Of a DNA stretch of 64,000 bases, positions 12,001-24,600 are shown piece by piece. The notes under the pieces were generated by a model, which saw only the letters and a program-made list of their open reading frames with translations, ran no database searches and was not told where the DNA came from. The position numbers were made by a program, and so were the translations under genes. This DNA comes from Nemertoderma westbladi (taxonomy: Eukaryota > Animalia > Xenacoelomorpha). Every line of letters starts with the position of its first letter. Position 1 is the first letter of the stretch. Location: positions 1-64,000 of the forward strand of contig JAUCBJ010000974.1 in NCBI GenBank assembly GCA_032718475.1, in the 5' to 3' direction.

Positions 12001-15000
12001 TTCCAGGCTTGTTTGGTTGGGTTACCCCATGGTGGGGTAAATACCAAGTTACTTTAGATGGAATCAGTGACTCCTCTTTTGTTAGCTTACGGGCAAACCC
12101 TTTGGATTCGTATCCATCTATTATTTCAGTATAGCGTTTAGCTAAATCATGATCTTTATCTAATTTCTTCTCAAGGGATAAAAGTCTATGAGTAGCCATG
12201 GGGGTGTTGTCTGGAAGACGTGGTGCATCACGTTTCCAGGGCAACCCCATCTCATAACGACCATCAACGAACTTGATCGTTCGTTCAATGATTTGTAAGG
12301 CTCTTGTGTCTTCGACTGATCGAGAAGCACAAGAATCATGAGTAGTACCAAATGCATCAGTACGCCAAAACATCTCGAGACGTTTGTCAAGTCTATCTGT
12401 TTCAGAAACAGTGGTCGTATAAACAACCAATTCGTCATTTTTAGACGTGGTAGTTTGAGATCTCCCTAAAAGATACCAGCCCAGTGCCGAACAGTGCGCT
12501 TGGGGTTGTCCTGATGCACCCACACGTCTTTCAGCAGTATTCAGAGCATCAGGTACATTGGCCCCAATAACTACTGCTACATCTGGTCGTTCATTGCAGG
12601 ATAAACCAAGGCCCTGCAAATAATCAAATTGACTATCATTGCTATCAAAGGCGAATGATCGGGATGGTGCATTCATTGAAGGAAGCACGTATGCTTCATC
12701 AACATAGAAAATTGTGTTATATGGATGATGCCCTGATATGGAAAAGTAAACACGCTTTCGTTTTTGGTCTCCACTTTTTCCAACCAGGCCGTTTAATTTT
12801 ATACATTTAATTTCCCCATCTAGATTGAGTGCATCAGCGATATCCTTACGTATGAAGGAGGTCTCACTGCATGCATCAAGAAGGGCATGAGTATTAAGAG
12901 TTTCACCGTTGGGAGAAATAATCTTAATAGGCACAGTAGGTAAAAACACAGATGTTTCGTTATTTGTTGTAGTATTACAGCTTACGTGCTTGGAATCTTG
13001 CCTGTGTGATTTAAAATAGTCATGCAATAGCGTGTGGTGTCGCTGATTGCAGTTAGACACATGACAAGAATGAATTGATGAACATTTAGATGCGTGATGA
13101 TTCTGTTTGAGACAGTTGGTGCAAAGAGCATTGTCTAACGCTACTTTCCCCTTATTATCGGGTGTCATGCCAATAAATTTTGAACACCTATATATTAAAT
13201 GGGATCCATTGCAAACCAAACATATATCTCTAATATGTTCTGATGTTTCATTGGGTAAGCCTTTTGATACCGTTGGTTTGAACTGAGATATGTAATTTTG
13301 CCGTGAATCTGGCTTTGTTGTTTTATTAGATTCAGTAATAACTGAAGAAGCGTAATTTGATATTAACGGCGCCGGCTGTCTGAATGGAACCGATTTTTGA
13401 ACAACATTGCCGGGGGTATTTAGATTCGGTTTAGATTTGGCATTAGATGCTGAACTCCAATCCTCTATTGGCATAACTGAAGGTTCAAAAGCAACCTTTA
13501 CTCTTTGCCTCAGCCATTCTTCAAAATGTACCAAGGTCGGTTCTTCCCTTGGTCTGATACGCTGACAAGTTTCGCACCAACGTTCTCTTAAACGAAAAGG
13601 GAGTCTATTATATGCACCGCGTAATATATCCGGCGAATATAATACACTCTCTAAACGTCCCATACGTTTTAAGGTATGCACCCCTACGGTAACGGATATT
13701 GAAAATGTTCTTAGAGCTGACTTATTGTCAGCAGGAACCATTGAGCCAGATGTTATTGAGGAGGTGAAGGCCCTCACGATTAGGCTAGGGTGTGCAAACT
13801 GCTCTTTGAGCATTTGCAGTGCAACCGCATATGCCTTCCCATCGGAACCTAAACCTTTTACCACCTCTCTAGCATCAGCACTCAAGTGGTTCAATAGTTG
13901 TGCCATGCGCCGGTTATCATCATTATAAATTTTATTATGCACATGTGTGTAAAAATTACTTATAAAGTCCGGCCATTTTAAAGGATTTCCATCAAATTTA
14001 ATAATGGTAATGGGAGGTATTCCTCGATCCTCTTCCAATCGCAATAGCGACCTCTCTAATGAAGCATTAGGGGTGATTGTATGTAGAAATGTTTCTTCGT
14101 AAGGGATTAGTCTATCCACCCAGGCATCCACAGGCTCCTGGGGTGTATGAAATTGCTTGTTAACGAAACCAGGAAAATCGCTTATTTCATCTTTGTTCTC
14201 ACTAGGAAACATTATCGGCGCGGGTTTGGGTATAAATACTGGCCGAGTAGGATCCAAAACAGGTTAATTGAATGTGGAAAGTTTAGGCCTATTAACGTTA
14301 GATGTACTCACCAAAAGCGGATTTGTGGATGTGTCCATATGGGGTGCATTATAATTCATAAGTGGTGATATTTCAGCACCCGCTGTATTTTTTCGCATTA
14401 CGGTATTGGCATGGCAATAACTAACCGATGTTGAAGTCGATGTGACAAGTTGATTTGGAAGAATTGAAGTCGGATGTTGATTTAACTCGGGTTCTTGTAT
14501 GGGTTCCTGTTGCAGGAGTACATTACCAGGTTCGGTTGATCCACGGGAAACCGGGTGGCTGGTAGAATGTACGGAGACTTCATCATCAAAGTCATGAAGT
14601 CTTGTTTCGAGGTTTTCATCATCCTCTTCAACGTCTTCTATTAGTAACTTTGCTTCCAGGGATTTCATTGCGGCTTCCTGGTCGGCTTCCAGAGTCTCAG
14701 CATTGGCCTCTACCGTCGCCTTTTCAACTCGCAGTTGGGCTCTCGCTCGAGCCTGATCCGCTGCTAGCTGGGAAAGACGTGCACTTCGTGCAGCATGTCT
14801 TGCACGTGACGTGATCGTGCATGACGAAGCCGAGTGGGTTTGATGACTCGTTCGTGTGATGTGGCTTCCTGGGGCAGAAATTCCACGAGTAATGGGAGAA
14901 TCCAGGGGTAACGATGCAGGTACGAGTTTCGGAGTAGGAACCTGTCCCGTTGAGATCCGTCTTTGAGAGGTTCGTCGCAGGGCAACTCGCCGGCTGATAC

Positions 15001-15016
15001 CGCCAGGTTCACTCAT
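9029..15016 (-). pseudogene. Element A gag-pol polyprotein (~1,995 codons) with one in-frame TAA at 14264-14266
   Basis: KFDGNP gag (DUF1759-like), three Cys/His knuckles, protease ALLDACSE, RT LRVVFDA...FYSDD, Pao RNase H LHIFCDAS...ELQA, integrase H-H-C-C, LDYLGP, SDNGTNF, WERLVR. ORFs 14264-15016 and 9029-14257 are in the same frame. Confidence 0.95.
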
Positions 15017-15086
15017 CTTGAAAGGGTGTTTCAGTAATTATTTGGGAACAAATCCCACAGAGTCATCGTAGTTAGTGGGTTGATGT

Positions 15087-15104
15087 ATCCGGTTCGAAGG
15101 ACCA
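15087..15104 (-). promoter_or_regulatory. Primer-binding site complementary to the tRNA-Tyr 3' end
   Basis: TGGTCCTTCGAACCGGAT directly after the 5' LTR, a typical BEL/Pao PBS. Confidence 0.85.
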
Positions 15105-15105
15105 A

Positions 15106-15749
15106 TAAATGTGTTGACGCGTCGGTCTAAGTTTGTAAATGTTTTTGGGTTCGTAATATGATGACGGATATTAAGAAATATAAAATGAATGAGTTGATGA
15201 TAATAAGACATGGTTTAATATTTTATAATAATAATTGACAATCGCACTCTCATTACACTCCTAATGTATATCATAATGCTACCTAATTGATAATAATATC
15301 CTATAAAAAAGCTACGATCTTTTATACTACTATATTTTATTATAATATGTTTCATGTGTCTATCACAGAAAGTTATATCCAATAGGATTTCACATACTGG
15401 GTGAAAAGTAAGGAACAGAAAATGATTGAGGATTCACATCAAACTTATAACTCTCAATAACTACAGTAAAAAACTGGCTAAATTAATCGTGCATAGAGAT
15501 AATGATTCCTGTCCTAAGGTAGACTAAAAATGTTGTACAGTAAGCAGCATTACAAATGACAGGTCGTGATTGACTTATTATGCATGCTGAGTCTACATGT
15601 GCTTCGTGTTTACATATCGAATAATAATAAATAAAAAACGCATCTGAAATAACATGTGCCAAGGGGCAATTCATGCATGTCTTCTAATCTCGGGAAAATA
15701 TGTCAAATAATTTTGGTGTTACATGGTCACAAACGTTCTACCGTTAACA
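15106..15749 (-). repeat. Element A 5' LTR
   Basis: Starts TGTTAACGG on the minus strand and matches 8373-9016. Confidence 0.97.
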
Positions 15750-15952
15750 GAGAGAGAGAGAGAGAGAGAGAGAGATGTACTATCTACTAAAAGGTACTAC
15801 AGTATATAGTGTTTTTTTACTAGATAGCTAGTATGGTATATTTTGAAATTATAAAAACATCCTGTTAACCAACAAAAAAAAACCGAAAAAACACTAGCTA
15901 CCTTAATAAAATAATATATACTAATGTTCTAGAGCACCTACGAATAACAAAA

Positions 15953-16829
15953 GGTACTAGTGTGTTATAGGTACACCCCCCCTCAAATTTTTTTTACTAG
16001 CTAGTTTTTGCTATTTCTTTTTATAAAATGTTCTAGAACATGAGATACATTTGTAAAAAAATAATAAAATGTTCTAGAACAAATATTATTTGTTCTAGAA
16101 CAAATTTTAAAAAAGTTTACAAATTTTATTTTTTGTTAGTTATGTTTTATTTGTTGTCAAGGAAATTGAATATTCTAGAATATTCGAGTTTCTACAGATA
16201 AGATTTGACTTTCGCCCAACAACTACCGGTACAGTAGCTGAGTTTCGTAGTTTCGTTGGAAGGTTCTACACAAATAGAACCCATTTTCTGCTCTGTTGGA
16301 TTTGATCAGTTAATATTACCCGCTGTCTGGTAAATAATAAATATTATACAGTATACGTATTCCAAGCATATCATTAATTTCTGAATAATGACCTCAATAC
16401 AGTGAATTTTTTTTAATTTTAATTAGCTATTAAAAAAATACTAGCTAACAGCTAACCCCCCCCCCCCCCCCCCCAAACCCATCTTGCCAGCAACGATTAA
16501 AAATTATATGAAACAAATTCTAAATAAAATTAAAAAAAAAATTTTATATTTTTTGAACTGTTCTAGAACAAAAACTATTAGTTCTAGAACTTTTGTTTTC
16601 TAGTTCTGAATAGCTAACATGTTCTAGAACATTATTAAAAAATAAAAATAGTACATTAATTTTTTTAAATTTTTTTTAAATTGTTCTAGAACAAAAAATA
16701 TTTTTTCTAGAACATATATATATATTTTTTTAATAGCTAACATGTTCTAGAACATGTTCATAAAAAGAAATAGCAAAAACTAGCTAGTAAAAAAAATTGA
16801 GGGGGGTGTACCTATAAGACACTAGTGCC
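15953..16829. mobile_element. Non-autonomous foldback/MITE with long TIRs and an 8-bp TSD (MULE/Merlin-like ends)
   Basis: GGTACTAGTGTGTTATAGGTACACCCCCC ... GGGGGGTGTACCTATAAGACACTAGTGCC. TAACAAAA at 15945-15952 and 16830-16837. Many gttctagaac palindromes. Confidence 0.9.
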
Positions 16830-17078
16830 TAACAAAAATCCCCAAAAAAATAAATATTTTGAAAATCTCAAAAAATACTAACTAATAAAAAAAACCATAT
16901 ATCACGTAATGTTCCAGAACATTCACCAATGTCAATAAAGACAACAATAACCACAATAAAATCACAAAGGTTCTTACAAATTATTGCTGTTTACATACTT
17001 TACTAAGACCGGTTATAGGCCTACAGTACATACCGGTACCGGTACTATACTAGAACACAGTGAGCTCTAGCCATAAAA

Positions 17079-19513
17079 ATGCATTCTTTGATTTTCATAT
17101 GTTTCTTTCTCAGCAACGGCGTTTTTGGCACTGTGATTGGTGAAAAACGAGTCTGTGACTCATTAGAAAGTAAATCAACTTGCGATGATGGATTGTACTG
17201 CTCTACAGATCTAAGTCACTTCGAAAATGAACCTTTTTGCATCTGCTTTGAATCCAAAGTGATGAGTGACGATGGTGACTGCATTCAATGCTCTACCGAT
17301 GTACGATGTGGTAACGGAGCACTCTGTATTAAAGGAAGTTGTCATTGTAAAGATGGTTTAGTGATAAATAAATCATCCTTGCGCAGAGGACGTTTAGGCT
17401 GCCAACTACCGAAATATGTTTCTGAATGTGGAGATGTGAGTCAGTTAACAAAGAAAGGAAAATTAAGGAGAAAATTTTGTCAGTGCAAAGATGCAACTTT
17501 GACTATGGTCTGGAACAATTACACATTATTTTGGGAATGCAAGGGACACTCGCCCTATCCAGTTGTGAGTACTACTGGCGGTAACGGTGATAAATACCTG
17601 CAATATGGCGAGGGCGGTTGTAATGAAGTTACCAGACACAAAGATGATCCAATATGTGACATTGCCAAAGGCTTAAAGTGTTTAGAAGGCATACGGTTTG
17701 AAAATACGGATTTGTTTAAGAAAATGTGCATTTGTTCTGATTCCAAAGTGAAGAATGACGATGGCCACTGCGTTAAATGCTCCGAAGATGACCTTTGTGG
17801 GAACGGAGCAGACTGTATTAATGGAAGTTGTCAATGTAGAGATGGTCTAGTGCTCGATGAAACATCTCTAGGCATTGGTACACCTTGGGTACCCATAGTT
17901 TGACCAATTTTTTCATAGGAAAACGGCTGTTATCATGAGGTTTTTTCTATAACAAATATGTGATCTTCTGACAGTAGGATGATAGCTAATAATTTTGATT
18001 TTGTGTTAGCTAGTACGGTACTTTTTTTAGCTAGTGAAAAAATTTAACTATAATTTTTCTTGTGAAAATGGCTATTATCATGAGTTTTCTTGTTCTGGAA
18101 TAAATATTTTACCTTCTGTCCGTAAGATGGTAGCTACTAGCTAGTAATTTTGATTTTGTGTTAGCTAGTAGGCCTACTTTTTATAAGATATTAAAAAAGT
18201 AAAACTTATTTAGAACATCAAACACAGCTATGTTTTGTGTGTTATAAGTTCTAGATTCAAAATACTGCAGTTTACAGTATAAGAGGTCAAATCATTTAAA
18301 ATGAAGATTTTTTTATAAGGGTTGTACAATTTAACTTTTTTTCCAAAAAAAATGTTCTAGAATAAAGTGTTCTAGAACAAAAATATTTATCAAAATTGAT
18401 ATCTAACACGTCTTCTATAACATTTATAAAAAAGGTTGAAAAAACAAGCTACTGTAGTATAAAAAATTTAAAAATACCGTTTGCCATGATTGGGGGCGTA
18501 TCTATAATTATATAAATAATTAAAAATGTGTTCTAGAACAAAACTATTTATCAAAATTGAAAGCCATCTTCTATAAAATTTATATAAAAAAATAACAAAA
18601 ACTAGCTAGTATAAAAAATCTGGTCAATGGGTACCCAAGGTGTACCAACGCCCATCGTTTAGTTGGAAAAGGAATAGGGTGTAAACAAGCCAATAACAGT
18701 GGTGAGTGTGGAGCAGATGAAAAAGAGTTCAGTATGACTACCAAAGCCCCAAAAAAGTGCGAATGCAAAGTCCAAAGTAAAATCATGACGTGGAATATGG
18801 ACAAATTATTTTGGGAATGTAAATTGAACTTGACAGCAATTGGAACAACAGAAGGCACTGATGTTGGAACAGTTCCAGGTGACCTGTATCCCAGGCAATA
18901 TGGTGAAACATGTGATGAATTGTCAAATATATGCGATTTTGATAAAGGCTTAATTTGCTACAAAGATGAAAGAGACAGATTTATTGGGGAAGAAAAGTCA
19001 AGGTGTATATGTAATAAACCGATGATTTGGACCGGATCTAAATGCAAAAAATGTAATAGTGATACAGATTGCGGAAATCATGCAACATGCATTGGTAACA
19101 CAACTTGTCACTGTAAAAAGGGAAAAGTATTTCATAAAGCTACTATTCACATTCAGCATCGAAGTTTCGGATGCAAGAATGCTGAAGATGTTTCTGAATG
19201 CGGTGATGAAAATCAATTCACATTGAGATCACAGCCATCAATGTGTGAATGCTCAAATCCATCCATGAATATGTCCTGGAACAAGTACGCATTAACTTGG
19301 CAATGCCAAGAGCCAGCTGCCTATCAAACAACCACTGTTAATGAAGAAGTAGAAGAAGAAGAAGAAGATGATGATGTGGGTGACAATGATTATTCAGAAA
19401 ATGAATTACAGGATCCTCTTGAGAAAAATCCAACAGATGATGCATTTACCATTACCAAGTTATCGGACTGCATAATTATTATTCTAGCAAACATTGTCTC
19501 CAAATACATTTAG
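17079..19513 (+). CDS. Secreted or surface Cys-rich repeat protein (~548 aa, three EB/EGF-like repeat units), interrupted by a MITE
   Basis: Hydrophobic N-terminal signal MHSLIFICFFLSNGVFG; three repeats CIC..C..C..D..CGN.A.CI..C.C..G....GC...ECG...C.C....WN...L.W.C; acidic linker and hydrophobic C-terminus. Removing 17869-18656 joins the two ORFs in frame (DETSRLVGKGIGC). Confidence 0.8.
17869..18654. mobile_element. MITE (786 bp) inside the Cys-rich gene, probable 2-bp TSD (TC)
   Basis: TIRs TAGGCATTGGTACACCTTGGGTACCCAT / ATGGGTACCCAAGGTGTACCAACGCCCA. TC at 17867-68 and 18655-56. Confidence 0.88.
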
Positions 19514-19779
19514 ATAACGTTCAATGACTATATTTTGCAACGTAATGATTAATTTTTACCGGTGCCAGTAGTGATTATTCTAAAGTAACAAAGTTTCATT
19601 AATCCGTTTAATGTTGTGTGTAGTCATTATTAAATAATTTTCAAATTATCTATAAATTATATCATACAGCTTTCTACATACAGCACTACAGCTTATCCTT
19701 AGGCTGGACGCTACATCACCTCAGTTGTAAATTTCACAAATAATGATAATGTAGACCTACTTTATACTATATTATAATA

Positions 19780-20352
19780 CTTCGAATACGTAAGGGAAAG
19801 GCATGGGCAGCCTTGAATAGGCTTTCCAGGATTTGGAAGTCACCGAGAATTAAACGGAAACTTAAGGTGCGATTATTCAGAGCACCAGTAGTTCCAGTAC
19901 TCCTCTATGGGAGTCCATGCAGGGCTCTAACTGCTGAGGACACCAAATCTCTGGATGGCACATTCACAAGAATGCTACGCCGGGTCCATTGTGTCAAGTA
20001 CAATACAAACATCTCCAACCAGACACTATATAACATTGGAGGTGTCTCATTGGTTCCCCCAAGCTTGACACTAGAACAAAATCGCCTCCGCTTTGCAGGA
20101 CATTGCTTTCGCCGTGAGGACCAGCCAGTGCATCATCTTGTACTTTGGCAGCCTCATGGAGTGAATAAGCATGGTGGACAGCCCATGACTTTCTTGAGAC
20201 GCATCGTAAAGGACACTGGCCTTGAAGATGCGGATGATCTAGCAAATGCCATGGGTGATAGGGAGTTGTGGCGGTGCAATTTTGTCGACAAGATGGCACA
20301 GCATTCTAAAAAATGCAGCTGCAATGCAGCATGCCGATCCAAGTAGTAGTAG
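19780..20352 (+). mobile_element. 5'-truncated RTE-like LINE with (TAG)n tail and 12-bp TSD
   Basis: Near-identical to the 3' end of the 29224-31192 copy. TATATTATAATA at 19768-19779 and 20353-20364. Confidence 0.92.
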
Positions 20353-20756
20353 TATATTATAATATTGTAATCATACAAGAATATAAATTTCGTTGCAATT
20401 TGTATATATTTTCTTTAAAATATCCACTATACCAGAAAAATGCAGACAATAAAGAATACAATGTCCACTTCTGCTGAAAATAAAGTGATCCAATCAATTT
20501 TCCAATAATGCGGATATTTATCGGATATTTATCGGATAATCGGATATTTATCCAAACAATGATCTAGAAATGTAATCTGTTGAATTCGCATTATTTATTT
20601 GTATACACAGTTTGTAGTATTAAAGACATACTTTAAGATTGCGCTTGTGTAATTACCATTGCAAGCTTACGAATAAAATCCTGCCATACATACATAATCG
20701 TAATGCATTCTCAATAAATTACATGACTTGAATACTCTTCTTCACAAAAACATTCA

Positions 20757-20830
20757 TGGCCAATATGGGGCTCGAACCCATGACATTCGCGTTATTAGCA
20801 CGACGCTCTAACCAACTGAGCTAGATAGCC
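20757..20830 (-). tRNA. tRNA-Ile(AAT) gene or pseudogene
   Basis: GGCTATCTAGCTCAGTTGGTTAGAGCGTCGTGCTAATAACGCGAATGTCATGGGTTCGAGCCCCATATTGGCCA. D, anticodon and T stems pair; acceptor-stem positions 6-7 mismatch; T5 terminator downstream. Confidence 0.75.
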
Positions 20831-21601
20831 TGATCGGAGGGGGGAAGAAAATTAACAACAAATGAGGAAAATGAGGGGTAAGAGAAAAGGGGAGATAAAT
20901 ATTTATTGATTAAATTAATCATTACACATTACACAAATGAACTGCAGTGAAACATTTATGTAATTAAAATAACGTACCAAAATGGCACAAATATAGATAC
21001 CGTTATACACAACTTTATATTGAAATTAGATTAGCTACTGTACACGTTCGTGGGGCCATCGCGCAGGACGAGGCTCAGTTATCAGATACAGATTAAAATT
21101 GAGCGACTGTATCACAAAATCAGGTTTTGAGAAATTTACCCACACCACCAATCAATCAAAGAAAGGGGGACAGTACGTGTTCACCCCTTTTAATCTGCAG
21201 CTCTACACCCCCGCAGAGTCTATGTTGACCAATAATGGGCAGGATTAAATTTGTACTAAATAATTATGCTGCTTTAATTAGGGGTGGGCTATTAGGCAGA
21301 GAAACAAGTTACTGTCTTCAAATTGAGAAGAGTCGTGGCTCATTTGAACCAGTTCATTGAGCTGGTCATTATGACATATTATATTGACATATTTCATGCT
21401 GAATTGAGGAATTGCTAGCATCTTGAAGTTTTCGTTCCACCGATGCGTGTTTTCTAAAATTTTCTTATCTACCGGTAGATCGGCCGCTATCCAATTGAAA
21501 TTTGTATTTGTATTTTATACTGTATTTGAAATATATAGATAAATAATGAAGATTATTGTTTGCACCCTATATATCATATCATGGTGCTGCTCTAATTTAT
21601 A

Positions 21602-24600
21602 TTAATTCAAATTAATAAAATGAAAAAAACAATGCACTGATCCCAGGCCAGTTGCTAAGTTCAAATATATTGGAGCGGCCCTTAATTTTCCAGTTACCGA
21701 CAACATTACAAGGGAGAATTTGTACATGTTGAACAGTTTGTATATCCACTTTATTTGGGTGTTTCCATCTGAAAGAGTCTGAAGGTTCTGCAGAACATCT
21801 GCATAAGTGTTCCATGTCAATCTTTCAAATTTTCATCTCATTATTTAAACCCAGACAAATTGCATCAAACCAATTGCGTCCAATTGGCTCATCCCAAATA
21901 ACAATCTTTATGTTATTTATCTGTACTTCTCCTTCTGGATCAGTATCAGGCACAGGTTGAGGAACTGCTGCATCCGAATGTAAGTCTGTATCAAGCTGGT
22001 TGATGACACTGAACAAGGCTATCAAATCTTCTTCATAGAGAATTGGGTATTCTTCATCGTTGGGTTCTTCTGGGACATTTGCGATGATTATTGCTAAGTG
22101 CGCTTTCATTTCAGTGATGGATATCTGGTTCAACTTGTAGAGTCTTGGCCTTCGTTGATAATCATTAGGGGAGGAATGTCTTCGGTATGAGATCTCAGTC
22201 CTCAATACAGTTTTTAATTGTTCATCATTGTTATTATATTTCAATATACAATTCTCGAGTTCCTCAATATAGGTAAAAGGACCACCCCAAGATTTACATC
22301 GACGTAACTGGTTGGTAGCATATTCAATAGCAGTTCTCTCTTTATTTTTTGCTTCCAGAAGTTCACGATCATCGAGAACCTGTAATTGAACAAAAAATAG
22401 AAGAATATTGGAAATGTTTTTAAGGTATAATGTACTTCATGGACATAAGATATCGGTGCTGTAGACAAGTTGGATCACACATGCATATATATATATGTAT
22501 TTCCAATGGCTAATGCAAGAAGTAATCTTAATAATAATAACACTCACCCTTGCAATATGTTTAGTGGCTCTTTCAACTCCGGTTATTGAAGATGCCTTGA
22601 ATAAAGTCATTCCATCTTTTATTCCCTTTGTGGTGAGGAGCAACGAGCAGATCTTTTGCAGAGTTTGATCAAACTGAGCAAGGTCCCGCTCTGCCTCTAA
22701 GTAGTTTACTGAAAGTCCATCTAACTCTGATGGAGATAAATCACTAAGCACTGTTGCTCTCGGCTGTCGATATGGTTCTGAGAAACCATATTCTCTACAA
22801 CGTTGAGTTTGCAGATCTTTTGCTGCTTGTTGGCAAAACAGGTTTATAAAGAGTAGAACCAGATCATTAGGCTTCTTGATGATGAATGAATAGTCAACCA
22901 TATAGTTTATGTGAGTGTCCATAAACGAGTGTACATTAACAAACGACTAATCAAATCTACTGGAAGCATATTACCACAACTCAACCACCCACATGAGAAC
23001 AGGCAGAAGGGTGTACACTGAACCTATCAAACTCGGCAAAGGAATACGGCAAGGAGGCATACTATCTGCCTGGCTCTTAAATTTCTACTTACAAGACCTC
23101 TTCGAGACCCTAGGAGAATCTGGGCTAGGACTACATCTCGGCACAGAATCTTACCCGGCCCTTGGTTACGCCGACGACCTATTGTTGCTAGCAAACCTTA
23201 AGGATGATCTCCAACAACAAATCGACATATGCACCACGTTCTTTGCCAGAAATGGCCTCATTATAAACACCAAAAAATCGCATTACGTAAGATGTACCGA
23301 TAAACAACCAAAAACAACACCAATTGAAGGTACGCAACCAAAAACAACACCAATTGAAGGCTACACCATACAAGTAGGATCAGTTTTCCTACGCGAGGAG
23401 GCCAGCTGTAAATACCTAGATTTACCACTTCCAGGTACACCGCAAACGATCAGAGACCACATAACCAAGCGCTGCTGGTTGAACGTATCAAGGATGCGAT
23501 CACGGGGCCTAACAGCCCACGACGTACCTCTACCAATCACCAAAAAAATCTGGAACACAATCTGCCTCCCGTCTATCGCATATGGTATTGCAAATTATGG
23601 ATGGCGCCTCTGTGACCCAACTATCAATAGTAATGCGAAAGGCGATGAGATCGATCATTGGTGTGGTGAACTACGTCTCAAACAACACCCTACACAATCT
23701 GTTGCGATGCGACGACCTGGAATCAATCGTCGCACACAGCAGATGTAGACTCCTGTACACCGCTGTAAACTCAGGAAACGTAAAAATTGCACACCTCCAC
23801 ACAACACTGCTTAGCCAACACCTATGCGATACCTACACAGAACCAACTTTTGTCGAGTACTCCATTGCGAGTTGGAGGAGTAACCTACCCACCCTACACA
23901 GCATCGTAACAGCCTCCTACAACATAAAACTGGTGTTCAAGGGCTCACGAAAACACTGCAAGCCCGTCCTGAGCACCAAGGACTGCTTCGAACACGTGGT
24001 ATCTCGAAAGTAACCTAAATATTCCAAACGCAAACTACTCCATAAAGAACCAATGCATACGAGACTACTACAAACTGCCGACACTCGATGCGAACAACCG
24101 AACAGGTTTCACACGGACTCACGTTCAACTCCACCACATAACAAGCACACAAATCACACGCATTTCCGATCATGACAAATACTATTTGATTTCATAATTC
24201 CCACCTCCCTATAGTCTATAATTATATTCATTTGTTTTGGTGCATACAAACAACACTTGTGCCTTCAACAACCCTGTGTGTAATAGTTACACCCGTACAC
24301 CTTATAGACACTACCATCAGACATCGTATACCCACTAATTATACAGGTAACATGTGACTACAGTGTAATGTAACCAATAGCATTGCTAATTTTAATTTTG
24401 TCGATTGTGTTCTGTTCCGTTTTTACTTGACCGACCATTTTATACAATAATAGCCGCCGGGGCCTCAAGCCGGTAATATAATTAAAAAAAAAATAGTTGC
24501 AAGCTTTTAAATCTTTATACAGTTTGGGCAGGAACTGCACCAAGTCGTTCTGTGTTGACTTTTCAACCATATTCAAAAAGGGCATTGTCACCTTCATTGT

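Larger units (their letters stand above)
8373..15749 (-). mobile_element. Element A: full-length BEL/Pao LTR retrotransposon inserted in a (GA)n microsatellite
   Basis: Two 644-bp LTRs with ~3 differences seen, GAGAG on both flanks (5-bp TSD), a PBS, a PPT, and gag-pol in BEL/Pao domain order. Confidence 0.97.
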
